Assembly: GCA_046582655.1 (NCBI GenBank)
Contig: JAYGDX010000069.1
Coordinates: 1 to 52,265, forward strand
DNA from: Candidatus Poribacteria bacterium
Lineage (GTDB): Bacteria; Poribacteria; WGA-4E; UBA9662
Direction of reading: 5' to 3'
Length of the DNA: 52,265 nucleotides
Shown: one piece after another, positions 20,825 to 32,400 of the stretch
Position numbering within the stretch: position 1 is the first letter of the stretch
Layout of the letters: each line of letters opens with the position of its first letter
Translations under genes and position numbers: made by a program
Notes under the pieces: model-generated
Databases searched by the model: none
What the model was told of the DNA's origin: nothing
What the model saw: only the letters and a program-made list of their open reading frames with translations

Positions 20825-22050
20825 AATTCGATGCTGAGCGTTTCAGCGACTGTATACACATCCTTATCACCTCGTCCGGAAAGACACAGAATAACAATTT
20901 GAGACGCATTCATTTGCGGAACAGTGTTGGCAATATAGGCAACCGCATGAGAAGTTTCAAGAGCGGGAATAATACCTTCAGTTTCTGACAACAGTTTAAA
21001 ACCTTCGATCGATTCATCGTCTTCAATTGAAACGTATTTGGCACGACCAGTTGCTCTATAAAAACTGTGTTCAGGACCAACTGCAGGATAGTCTAAACCT
21101 GCAGAGATTGAGTGCGCAGGGGTAATCTGCCCATCCTTTCCCTGTAGTACATAGCACTTAGCACCATGGAAAACACCAACACTTCCTGCGCCCAGCGATG
21201 CAGAATGTCTGCCGCTTAGAATGCTCTCACCTCCAGCTTCAACCCCAATCAATTCCACCGATTCGTCATGATAGAATGGATAAAAAATACCAATGGCATT
21301 ACTTCCGCCACCAACACAAGCAATTACCTGATTGGGCAAACACCCTTCCTTCTCAAGGATTTGTTCACGAGTTTCTCTGCCAATTATAGATTGAAAATCG
21401 CGCACAATCATTGGATATGGATGAGGCCCAACAACGGACCCGATTAATAAATGAGTAGTTCGGACGTTAGTAACCCAATCACGCATACTTTCGTTGACAG
21501 CATCTTTTAGTGTTCGTGAACCTGAGGTAACGGGTGTCACTGTTGCTCCCATCAGCCGCATACGAAAAACGTTTAAAGACTGCCGTTGAATATCCTCTTC
21601 ACCCATATAAATTTCGCATTCGAGATTGAACTTGGCGCATACTGTGGCAGTTGCCACACCATGTTGTCCTGCTCCGGTTTCAGCAATAATACGCTCTTTG
21701 CCCATCTTTCGCGCGAGGATAATCTGCCCGAGAGCATTATTGATCTTGTGAGCACCAGTATGGTTGAGATCCTCACGCTTAAGATAAATTTTTGCCCCGC
21801 CCAGCTCTTCTGTCAGCCTGTCAGCATAATAAAGAGGATTGGGTCTACCGGCATACTGACGAAGGTAATAATTAAACTCCGCTTGAAACTCAGGATCACC
21901 CTTGATTGACATGTATGCTTCCTCAAGTTCAAGCAAAGCAGGCATTAAGGTTTCTGGGACATAACGTCCACCAAATTCACCAAAATGCCCGGTTTGGTCT
22001 GGAATAGTTTGTTTCAATTTATACTTTTCCATAGCAGTATATTCAAACAA
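20821..22050 (-). CDS. trpB: Tryptophan synthase beta subunit (true start may be ATG 22032)
   Basis: [44 protein letters not shown]. Confidence 0.97.
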   Translation of the reverse strand: MFEYTAMEKYKLKQTIPDQTGHFGEFGGRYVPETLMPALLELEEAYMSIKGDPEFQAEFNYYLRQYAGRPNPLYYADRLTEELGGAKIYLKREDLNHTGAHKINNALGQIILARKMGKERIIAETGAGQHGVATATVCAKFNLECEIYMGEEDIQRQSLNVFRMRLMGATVTPVTSGSRTLKDAVNESMRDWVTNVRTTHLLIGSVVGPHPYPMIVRDFQSIIGRETREQILEKEGCLPNQVIACVGGGSNAIGIFYPFYHDESVELIGVEAGGESILSGRHSASLGAGSVGVFHGAKCYVLQGKDGQITPAHSISAGLDYPAVGPEHSFYRATGRAKYVSIEDDESIEGFKLLSETEGIIPALETSHAVAYIANTVPQMNASQIVILCLSGRGDKDVYTVAETLSIEL

Positions 22051-22098
22051 TAGATAATTGATAGTTTTTTAGAGCCAGTCAATAGCCAGCATTTTAGC

Positions 22099-22461
22099 TT
22101 AGTTTTGTCGAGATTCTTCAATTAGCTCAACGCGTTTTAATAATTCTGCTTGTACTCGCACGAGGCGGAAAGTGTAAACGACAAATATTAACCAGATGAC
22201 AAAATAGGCCGAAACCAAATACTTTAAGCGTTTTATTTGGCGCTGTTCCAGTTTTGCTACCGATTTCTTAACCAGCATTTCTACCTTAGCCTCGTTGACA
22301 ATCATGCCGCCTGCCACTTCATCAATTGACTCAGCTAAGGCCATAGAAATTTCGTCCGATGTAATTGTAACTGGTGTTTGTCCTAATACAAATAGTCCAA
22401 AAAAAAGGACAAATACACCTAAAATTAGGAGCAAAAAAATTTTTGGCATCAATCTCTCCAA
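22099..22461 (-). CDS. CcmD-family small membrane protein with N-terminal extension
   Basis: C-terminal YLVSAYFVIWLIFVVYTFRL + coiled coil; directly follows ccmC. Confidence 0.6.
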   Translation of the reverse strand: MERLMPKIFLLLILGVFVLFFGLFVLGQTPVTITSDEISMALAESIDEVAGGMIVNEAKVEMLVKKSVAKLEQRQIKRLKYLVSAYFVIWLIFVVYTFRLVRVQAELLKRVELIEESRQN

Positions 22462-22470
22462 ACTCTCTAG

Positions 22471-23145
22471 TTAACTATTCATTTGGTCGAACTGAAGCGC
22501 GTCAATTCGTGATTTTATCTGCATTGATTGCGTCCGCAAAATAAGGAGAAAAACATATAGTAGAGTTAATGCAAGCCATGAGACTAACCAAGTCTTTGTC
22601 ATAGATGGCGGGAGTTGGCTTTTGATATTAATTGAAGGGTGCAATCGATCCTGCCAAATTTCTACCGAGTAATATACTATCGGGACATTCAAAAACGCAA
22701 GCACACCAAGCACAGACGAGTATGTTTTTCTAAGATCGATATCCAACATCGCTCGTAAAATAAAATAACCAATGTACATTAACCAAAGAATTAGGGTACT
22801 TGTGAGCCGCGATTCCCAGTTCCACCAGGTTCCCCAAGCGGATCTCGCCCAAATTGGTCCGGTGATCAAGACAACGGTACAGAAAACCAAGCCGAGTTCT
22901 GCAGAAGAGGAACCAAGAGCGTCAAATTTGTCGTCCCTTCTAATAAGGTAAATGATACTGCATACACACGTAAACGCATATGCGGTAAAGGCAACAAAAG
23001 CTGAAGAGACGTGGAAATAAAAAATTTTCTGGGTTTCCAACATCGTTTCTTCAACCGCGGCATAACCAAAAACCAGATATATGGACCAAAACAGACTGCT
23101 TGCTCCTAGGAAACCGACAAATAGAGTGAAATTAGCGTTCTTCAC
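22471..23145 (-). CDS. ccmC: Heme exporter / cytochrome c biogenesis protein CcmC
   Basis: KIFYFHV, Trp-rich TGPIWARSAWGTWWNWESRLT, conserved LHP. Confidence 0.9.
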   Translation of the reverse strand: MKNANFTLFVGFLGASSLFWSIYLVFGYAAVEETMLETQKIFYFHVSSAFVAFTAYAFTCVCSIIYLIRRDDKFDALGSSSAELGLVFCTVVLITGPIWARSAWGTWWNWESRLTSTLILWLMYIGYFILRAMLDIDLRKTYSSVLGVLAFLNVPIVYYSVEIWQDRLHPSINIKSQLPPSMTKTWLVSWLALTLLYVFLLILRTQSMQIKSRIDALQFDQMNS

Positions 23146-23148
23146 CTT

Positions 23149-23844
23149 TTAGCCTTCGATAACAAACTCAAAAAGTAGATATGAAATCGTCAAAAACACT
23201 ATACTATATAGAATTAATAATGTAATCCAGAAAGTCCCTCGAAGAGATTCAGTCAATAATAGTGAAACCGTACACTTTGTTCCTGCCATAATCACTGGAA
23301 GTACCAATGGAAGAAGCAACACGGAAAGCAGGCTCTCTTTTCCGCCTGTGGTTGAGGCCATTCCTGATAAAATCACGCCAACAGCACAAAGACCTAACGT
23401 TCCAATGCTGAGTATCCCCAGTAGTTTAAACAAGGTCATTACAGATACTGAATTAAGTGACTCAACAAATTGGAGTGAAACCGGCGTGAGGATGAATGCT
23501 AATATAGTCAAGAAAATGAAATTACTCAAAACTTTGGAAAGATAAAAATTACTGGGATCGATCCCAGCCAATCGAATAATGTGTATGGCACCATTTGCTC
23601 GTTCAATATCAAAAGATCGAGTTAATGCAATGATCCCTGCAAAAACAAAGGCAACCCACAAAACGCTTGCCGCTAGTTTGCTGCGTTCCTCTAGATCAAG
23701 AGGGAAAACTGGTCCGACGGCAAAACTGAAGACAAGAACAACTAATAGACTGAACATGAAGATTAATGCTAAGGTGTCCTTTGTTCGGAACTGCAGGATC
23801 AAATCTTTCTGAGTTAACCAAAGGATTTGCCGAATCGCATTCAT
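23149..23844 (-). CDS. ccmB: Heme exporter protein CcmB
   Basis: KDLILQFR, RSFDIERANG, LLSVLLLPLVLPV; adjacent to ccmC. Start taken at ATG 23844. Confidence 0.88.
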   Translation of the reverse strand: MNAIRQILWLTQKDLILQFRTKDTLALIFMFSLLVVLVFSFAVGPVFPLDLEERSKLAASVLWVAFVFAGIIALTRSFDIERANGAIHIIRLAGIDPSNFYLSKVLSNFIFLTILAFILTPVSLQFVESLNSVSVMTLFKLLGILSIGTLGLCAVGVILSGMASTTGGKESLLSVLLLPLVLPVIMAGTKCTVSLLLTESLRGTFWITLLILYSIVFLTISYLLFEFVIEG

Positions 23845-23921
23845 TAAAAGTGGAAAGTAAAAGAACAAAATATGGTGTTTATTGACCGATTGCCAATTCA
23901 AATTCCAAATCTGTAATTTTA

Positions 23922-25217
23922 TTACTTTTTTGGAAAACCTTCCTCAAGTGCTAGTATTGCATAGCAAGTTACCAAAAGAGTATCTCTCTCTTTCCATCCT
24001 CCATCTGAGTTTTTCCAGTAGCCGACAACAAGCTGATCATCAGCCGCATTCTCAATCACCTGCTCCCTTATTAAATGTGCGGAGAGTTCTTTGTACCATT
24101 TGTGTCCGTTACCTCTTGAATCGTCAATCGTATCTTTGCCAAAAAGACTTAGTGTTTTTGCCATCATATAGTAGGTATAATACAGGTCATGTTTTTCCTG
24201 TCTGCCTTTCATTCCATGATTTCCCTTGAGCGAATAATTTTGACTTACCCAATCAAAAGCCCTCGTAATACGGACATCGTACTTGTCGATCTCGTCGTAT
24301 TTATCGAAGGATTCACAGAGTAACAAACTCAAAAGTCCTGTGTATGTCATGCTGGCATAAGATGTTGGCATCTTCTTGTTCGCTTTACTTTCACCACTTG
24401 GTGCATATACGAAGCCACCATCATTGGGCCCATTATCTACCCATTGATCCCGATCGTTTGTCGCGATTAGATTCTGGCATCTTGAGATGAAGATCATGGC
24501 TCGTTCCCAGATTAAAACATCATTTTCACGGCTCTCCTCACTCTGACTTTCCTTAATAGCTTGCAGTGCGAACGAAAGATTTAACAGATCATTGACTGCC
24601 TCACGACTCCCATAACCGATACCTCCGTAATACTTGCCATCTGCGTCGACAATATTTTGTAGTCCCTTAACATAGTTTCTAGCCTTGTTAATGAGTTGTT
24701 GATATTCCTTTTTCTGGTTCTCCCCCGTGGTTGTTTCTTTAACTAATTCTAAGGTCATGATAGCAAGAGATGTATCATAACATGGCAATCTGGGGAGTTT
24801 TTCCTCATCATAGATACTGCCATCCCGATTCTGCATTTCAATCAATGATTTGATCGCTTTTTCTAGGAACGGAGTTTCATCTGAATACTCCGTTCCATCT
24901 GAAGATTTTCCTGTCGGATGTTTGAGAAAAGCACTGATTACAAGTGCTGTCATTCGTGGATGATCGCGGAATAAACCGTTGATGCCCTGTTGTAGTCTCA
25001 GCCAATTCAGGCCCCGATCAATCGCCGCTAATATTCGTTGGTTTCCATAGTCCTTGAGCAGTTCGTCCAATCTTGCTGGTCTCTGACTAGTAGACAAGGT
25101 GACAACAACTAATAGGAAAAATAAACCAAGTAAAATTCGCAGACCGACTTTTAGCTCTGTCCTGAGGCGACTATTTTTCAAGTTAAGATTTTGAAGTTCA
25201 AAAAGCAAATGGAGCAC
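23922..25217 (-). CDS. Prenyltransferase/squalene-oxidase repeat (terpene cyclase-like alpha-barrel) exported protein
   Basis: QW-like repeats RGLNWLRLQQ, EMQNRDGSI, YGGIGYG, DGGFVY, SYASMTYTGL, REQ...GYW; N-terminal hydrophobic segment. Confidence 0.75.
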   Translation of the reverse strand: MLHLLFELQNLNLKNSRLRTELKVGLRILLGLFFLLVVVTLSTSQRPARLDELLKDYGNQRILAAIDRGLNWLRLQQGINGLFRDHPRMTALVISAFLKHPTGKSSDGTEYSDETPFLEKAIKSLIEMQNRDGSIYDEEKLPRLPCYDTSLAIMTLELVKETTTGENQKKEYQQLINKARNYVKGLQNIVDADGKYYGGIGYGSREAVNDLLNLSFALQAIKESQSEESRENDVLIWERAMIFISRCQNLIATNDRDQWVDNGPNDGGFVYAPSGESKANKKMPTSYASMTYTGLLSLLLCESFDKYDEIDKYDVRITRAFDWVSQNYSLKGNHGMKGRQEKHDLYYTYYMMAKTLSLFGKDTIDDSRGNGHKWYKELSAHLIREQVIENAADDQLVVGYWKNSDGGWKERDTLLVTCYAILALEEGFPKK

Positions 25218-25282
25218 AAAAACCCCTTATCAATAATTTTTGTTGTGTTTTGTGCTCATATCCGAAAAAGGCAAACAGGTAG

Positions 25283-26320
25283 TTACGAGAGTTGCACCGC
25301 TTCATTAGATTCAGAAGATGCCATGGCGGCATCATAAACTCGCATAACTTCACGAACCTGTTTAGGTTTCACAATCAGTTCATCATTATCATTTATTACA
25401 TTGGAAATGTTTTGATAATAAGCTTTCCAAGAACTTTTTACAGGTTCGACGATAAGATCCTCCACTTTACCATTAACTTCCGTTGAAACCTGTGCATAAT
25501 TTTCAGGATTTTGCTCGGCTGCATCAATATTACCATTGATCATTGCTAGTTCTTGTGGATCAATCCCGTATTTGGCTAACCCACCTAGGTTTCCCTGAAT
25601 ATACCATCTCGGTTTCGTTTTTTTCGCGAGATTGCCTATCTCAATTTGGTAGAGAACACCATTTTGAAACTTAATCAATAGATTGGCGTAGTTTCCGATA
25701 TCTGTTTCCCAGTGTTGATCATAATGAATATCGCAAAAAACTGTTTTGACAGGCGAATCAACAAGTTGCAGCGCTTGGTCGACAAAGTGCGCCGGCCAAT
25801 CGAAAAGAATACCGCCACTCTGACTTTTAACGCCACGCCATCCACCAGGCGCACCATAACGCATAATAGCAACTTGAAACAGATATGGCGAACCGAGCAG
25901 CCCGTCATCGATTATTTTTTTAACTGTTGTATAGTCCCAATCCCAACGGCGATTATGGAAGACACTAAAAAGGACGTCATTTCGATTGCTAGCTTCAATC
26001 ATTGCTTCAGCCTCAGCAGTATTCATACACATAATCTTGTCAGTAACAACGTGCTTGCCGTTATTCATTGCTTTGATTGCTAGCTCAGCATGAGTATCGT
26101 GTGGTGTTGCAAGTACTACCAAATCAACCTGATCGTTTGCAATTGCTTGATCAATTGTTTGGTAAATAACAGCATCAGGGTAATGTTCAGCCGCAGCGGC
26201 ACGCCGCTCTGGATTTCTGGAGGCAATCGAGTACACATCCAGTCCATCCGCTAATCCAATCAGGTAGGCATGAAAACATCGACCAGCGAAACCATATCCG
26301 ATGACTGCTGCATTAGCCAT
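25283..26320 (-). CDS. Gfo/Idh/MocA family oxidoreductase
   Basis: IGYGFAG, ATPHDTH, GKHVVTDK, FHNRRWD. Start at ATG 26320 with AGGAG RBS. Confidence 0.92.
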   Translation of the reverse strand: MANAAVIGYGFAGRCFHAYLIGLADGLDVYSIASRNPERRAAAAEHYPDAVIYQTIDQAIANDQVDLVVLATPHDTHAELAIKAMNNGKHVVTDKIMCMNTAEAEAMIEASNRNDVLFSVFHNRRWDWDYTTVKKIIDDGLLGSPYLFQVAIMRYGAPGGWRGVKSQSGGILFDWPAHFVDQALQLVDSPVKTVFCDIHYDQHWETDIGNYANLLIKFQNGVLYQIEIGNLAKKTKPRWYIQGNLGGLAKYGIDPQELAMINGNIDAAEQNPENYAQVSTEVNGKVEDLIVEPVKSSWKAYYQNISNVINDNDELIVKPKQVREVMRVYDAAMASSESNEAVQLS

Positions 26321-26334
26321 AAAATTTCTCCTGT

Positions 26335-26380
26335 AACAAAAAAACTCCTCAAACCAAATTTTATCGGTTTGAGGAGTTTT
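26335..26380 (-). terminator. Rho-independent terminator of the giant-protein gene
   Basis: Perfect 15-bp inverted repeat AAAACTCCTCAAACC / GGTTTGAGGAGTTTT ending in a U-run on the minus strand. Confidence 0.85.
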
Positions 26381-26416
26381 TATCAAGATTTAATTCAAAC
26401 TGTACTCGTATTCAGA

Positions 26417-29400
26417 TTACTTTAAAATAATCATCTTCTTCGTTGCGTTAAACTTGCCAGCTTCAATTTCATAGAAGTAAATTCCACTGGCGACTTCTTC
26501 TCCGTACAGATTTCGCCCATTCCAGTAAGCTGCTTTGTGGCGGGAAATGTAGCTTCCCGCAGATTTGAAGCCTAGGTCAAGCTCACGAACTAACTTACCC
26601 GCCGCGTTGTAGATCCGGATTGTTACAGATTGATTCTCCTCCACATGATATGGAATCCATGTTTCCGGATTAAACGGGTTGGGATAATTCTGACCAAGTG
26701 CAAAGCTCAGGTCTGGATCAATAAGCTGGTTCAAATTATCTATCGACTTTATGCGAACCGGAATTAAACTTGCCTTGGAATCAGAAAGTTTGAGGTTTTC
26801 TATGTGAATAGACTCCAGGGCACGATTAACATCCCCTTTCAGTTGGAAGGTGACAGTCGCCATTTTGCCTGTTGTACCCGCACTCTCGTTTGAACCACCA
26901 ATCCCGACCGAAGCAACCTTTTCAACTTTGCCGTCCAATAACCGCGGTTCAATCCAGAAACTAGATCCTTTAAGAGCATTACCTTCTTTAATACCGATAA
27001 CATCAAGTAAATGCGGATCATACCTCAAATCAAATTGAAACCCTTTGAGTCGTTCATTTAATGCGACGTTGACAGACAATATGACCTGTTTGAGTGAACT
27101 CGTCGCCTCAATAGTTTCGATAGACATTGAAACATCCGCACGAGGTTCGACAGATTTCATAACCGGCGCTGCTGCTGCAGAACCATACATTTCACCAAAA
27201 TGCTTGGCCACGAGTGTTAGGTCTAGGATGTCGACAGTACCATTTCTGTCTATATCCGCGTAGGCATCGAAACTTTCAGCGCCGAAAGCGTTACTAACTT
27301 GGACTAGATCCAGAATATCAACAGCCTCATCTCTGTTGGTATCCCAAGGGTTCTCTCGTGCTGCCGATTCTACCAATCGATACGTTTCAAAATGCCGTGT
27401 GGAAACAGTAAAGGTTTTTCGCTTCTTGTCGACCTTGTTGACTTCTTTAAGTTGCCACTTGCCATTGTCAAGAGCGTAAACGCTTAAGCCATCTGGTGAT
27501 TCAAATGATGGATAAGGAATAGTGACCTGAGCATTTTTAGCGAACTTTGATTTAAATGCGGAACCATCCTGAGAAACGGCAGTAAAACGATAGATGGTGC
27601 CTTCAATTGATCCGGCGAAATCTGGTACGTCGCTTTCCATTAGATTTTCGATTGATACTGCGGTATATATGGTCGAATCTTTTGAGATCGATTTGGAACG
27701 TGCTGTAATACGTGTCCCTTCAGCTATGATGGCGGTACCACCCTTCCGTGCCGATAAAATTGTCACGTTCAGATTTTCTGAAGGTGAAAGCGATTCAACT
27801 CCCGCAGCACTTATCGACGTTAGCGCGTAATAATACGTTATACCAACATCAACATTGGAATCGGTGAACTCTGTCCTACGCAGTTTACTTTTTCGTCGTT
27901 TAGTGTTTTTCAATTCCGTAATTGGTTTTTCCGCACGATAGAGGTTATAGTACTTAGCGTCTGGATCAGGTGTCCAACCCACAACAATTTCAGTACCCGA
28001 GTAGGTCAAACCGCCTGATAAAGTAACTGGGGGAGCATCTGGTGGTTTGTTGTCCACAATAACCGTAGCTTTGTAGGGCTTGCTGATATTACCTGCTGCG
28101 TCAACTGCCGATAAAGACAACAGGTTTTTTCCCTCTTTTAAGGAGATCGTTTTAGTTATCGTGTTTTTATCTGTTGGGAGCACAACCGGTTCTTTATCAT
28201 TCACCATAAGTGTAATTGATTCTGCCGACACTTTACTGTTGTCGCTAAACTGAATTTCCGCTTTGATCTTTGGTTGGTCAATTTGATCCTGTAAATTGAC
28301 AAATTTGATCTTAGGTAGAGTTCGATCCAAAAATACAGTTTGTGCGGGTGAAGCCGGACTTTGTAGTTTCGCACGACTGCGCGTAAAAGAAGTAACCTTG
28401 TTAGTACCAGACTTAAGAAGGATACGATCAATTTCAAAATTCCCATCTTTATCAACGGGAACAATGCCCATCGACTTATCGTTGACGAAGATTTCCACTT
28501 CAACTTTTTTGCCACTGTAATCAGCAATCTGACCACTCATAGGAATCTCTGGTGAATTTGTATAGATCTTATTTTTACCTCGATTGTTAATAACGATATC
28601 AAAAGCGGATGTGAGGCCTCTGCTCTGCGCTTGAGCCACAGATGCTTCTGCCACCAACTCACGGTTGCTAAAGCGATTTCCTCTACTTTTGCCATCCGTT
28701 TTCGGGTTTTCGAAAGGTATCCAAATATTTTTAGAGTCAAACGAACTTTGAGATGCGAGAACAACTAAACTTGCCGTTTTCGCCCCGCCTTTAATTTTTG
28801 TGTTTTTGCTTACTTTAGCAGTCGCTTCATAACGCTTAGATTTGGCCGGAACATTGTACAGTCTTTTTTGAATTTCACTGAAATCAAGCTTCACTAATTT
28901 GGGGGGGGTGATATCCGGCTCAATTTCAGCAAGCTGTGAAACAACATCCCATAAAACTCCAGGGGACATGCCTGCACCAAATCCACCATCATCGCCACTT
29001 GCCCAGGCAGGCCGCTTCTTACTACTGATTGTGGTGTCAAGACTAGAGAAATCGAGGAAAACAGCAGTAATGTTTTCGCTAGCATTGAAGTTAACTGTAA
29101 ATTCTTGGCCTGCGACAATTTTCCTCTCGGAAATCCTGACGTTGCTAATCCTTAAATCGGCCATTTCTGCTGGCTTGCCACCTAAGTTTATCGCGGGTGA
29201 AAGCGGTGGGGTAAGTGAAACACCAAAATTGAAATCAAATGAAGTTGCATTGCTGAAACTATCACTAACGGTAATGCTCAAGGTGTTTAAACCAACAGCT
29301 AAGTCTAATGGTTCATTTAGTGCCTGTAAATCGAGCGGATCTTCCAGAGCAGCAAACTCCATTGAGTCATCCAGTGCACCTAAATCCATAGGTTCCGCTA

Positions 29401-32400
29401 AAGCTCCAGCATCCAATGGGTCCTCCAGCGCTCCGAGTTCTAATGGATCCTCCAACGCACCCAATTCCAGTGGATCCTCTAACGCGCCCAATTCCAGCTG
29501 AAGCCGACCATAGAGAACGACACAACCAGTTCCACGGTCGTAACGGTGCGGGCTACCTTCCCCAAACAGATCATTAGAAACAACTCCATTAATTTCAACC
29601 GCCATGTTTTTAAAATCGATACCACCATCGGCATCCAAGACCTGAAAATCAATAGCCAGCATACTGGTTGTGCTTACCTCGTCCCCCGGTTGAGGGAAGT
29701 TGGGAACAATTTTAGGCGGCGTTTCGTCCGCAGCAGCCGTATCAACTGCAAACTGAACTTGGCCCTCACTAACGTTTCCCGCAATATCTTCTGCTCCGAC
29801 AGTTGCCGTATAGCTGCCATTAGCGAGTGGACCATCCGGTTTAGCTCTATATTGCCCAATAATCGCATCAAAATCCTGTGTTACAGGCACTTCAGTACCA
29901 TCTGCAGACACGATACTTATGCTGACAGAACTGAGATCTTTCGCTTGGACAACCGCCTTTACCTCAGGTTGATTATTAGATAAAACAGTTCCAGTTTCAG
30001 GCAAGATCACACTAATCTCTGGTGGAGTATAATCAACAACAAAATCACCGGAATCAAAAGTCGTTGTATTCCCTGCAGCGTCGCTGGCAATCACCCGGAA
30101 AAAATGCGTTCCTTCCACCAATTCTGTTAACTCATTCGAGTTCTCTGATGGTATATAGGCTAGATGTTCACCATCATATGTAAACTCAAAGAGTTCCACA
30201 TTCCCATCAAGGATTAACTGCAAGGTTGACTCATTAATACCCGTACCTCCCGGATTATCAGTAAGTTCAACAGACATTTTGATCACCTTGGATTTAATTC
30301 TACTTCCGGGAACCGGCTGAGGGTTTCCAATTATCGGTGGGCGTACATCCGCAATCAATAGCAACATTTCGGATGGATTACTGACGTTGCCAGCGATATC
30401 TGTGGCAACCATTGTAATCCAATTCTGACCTTCTGCTAATATAACTTTTGGTTGAACGAAGGTACCATCTTCACCAGCAACAAGCGTTGTTGTCGGTTTT
30501 TCATTTACAATAATTCTAATTGTAGTAAAAGGTTCCGCCTTACCTTCAAGATCGACCAGACGCTTGTTAAGCGGCGATAGAATGGGATTTAAGGTTGGAA
30601 CTTCGGCTGATGTATCAACAACAAACTTGGAGTTAGTAATTTTCTCGTTACCGGATTTGTCTTTAGCATAGAGTGTCAGTACATGCACTCCGTCAGATAA
30701 TTTCTTGGGTGTGAAGGAAAGCATGCCAATATCAGCATCGGTCGGAATTTCCGCTTCATCTCCTTGGAGCGTTTCCAATCTAGCTTGAAAGACCTTTGAA
30801 CTAACGATGCTACCATCAAGACGAATCTGCACTTCGGCCAGACCGCTACCAATATCGTAAGCTGAACCCATTAAGGCAAATTCAGGCCGGCTCAAATCTG
30901 TTGTGTTAAGTGAACTGCCAGATTTAGGGCTAATCCCTGATATCACTGGTGGGTCAGTATCAGGAAGATCATCCTCAACTTCAAAGGTTGATTCAATTTC
31001 AACGTTATTCCCAAACTTGTCAGCAGCCTTAACTCGGATTTTCGGTTTTGCTCCATTAGCAAAAGATTTATTGATTGCACAAGCGAGTTGACCGGAAAAC
31101 GGATCATAAGTTATTTTTTGCAATTTGTCATTGATATAAAGCTGCACTGACTTGGAATTGATGCCGATTACATTAGAGGAAACAATTGTTGAATCCTTGA
31201 CAATCGCACGGATTTCAAGAACATCACCGACAGTTGATCCATCCGCGGGTTCAAGTGATTCAATTTGTGGTGGTAACGTATCCAGAACAAAGAATCTGGG
31301 AGCAGAGGGTGAACCTTTAAGTCCAAGAGAATTGACTACGACTAAAGTTACTTCGTTCTTCCCTTCAGCAAGTGGAACGTTTGTCACAAAATTCCCGCTT
31401 GTTTCATCTATATTTGCACGGGCAACAATATCACCATTAACATAAACCTCTACACTTCCCCCTCCAGGAAGCTGTATCATATCAAGAGTGCCATCAATAG
31501 TTGTTGGTGACTCTGACACATACTCAAAACCATCAGTTTCCCCACCCTCTTGTAAACGATTAAGATTTGGCACGGTAACTGCGATCGGAGGTTTACCGAT
31601 TACTTGAAAACTCCGTGTCTCATTTTGGGTATTACCTCTAATATCAATCACCTGCACACTAAGGGTATAGCGTCCAGAGACTAGATCAGCAACTGGATAA
31701 GTAGTAATTATAACGGAATTAATATCGTTGCTGGATTTGGACAATCGGTTAAGTGCAATTGGCTGAGCATCGACATCGCTTAAGACGACGGAGACAAAAT
31801 CAGCACTCTCGATATTAAAGCCGCTTTCATTGTCAACCAGCTTAACCTTCAGTTCAAGTCTCTGATCAGCTGTCAACATCCCTTCGCTTAATAGTGAAAC
31901 AAACGTAATCTGGGGAGGGTTCACATCAGGTGAACGAGCATCAACCATAAATTGAAGTGTATTTTCGGCTCTTAACCCAGCAAGATCACGGGCGACAACT
32001 CTTGCAGTATAGGTAACACCCGTGATTAAATTTCGTCCTTCCAATGGAACAATAACGTCTGATATAGAACGCGCACCGCTCGCATTACGACGACTGTCTC
32101 CACCATCCAGTGCTACTGATGTAGTTCCTTCAAGAAGGTAAAGATCAATAAAAGCAATTCCTCCAGCATCTGTAACTCTAACTGGGACCGGAGGTCGAAC
32201 ATTTGAGGTTTTGTGAACCGTCTGCATTCGGTTGGGTGAACCTGGTGGATTGCTTACTTCACCCAAAACGAGATCAATTTGAGGCGGGGTATTATCAATT
32301 ATTAACGGAATCGCATTAGCTTGTCGACTGGTGTTCCCTGATTCATCAATGGCTACTCCTCCAATTTGGTACGAACCGTCTGGTAAATCGCTGATTTCCT

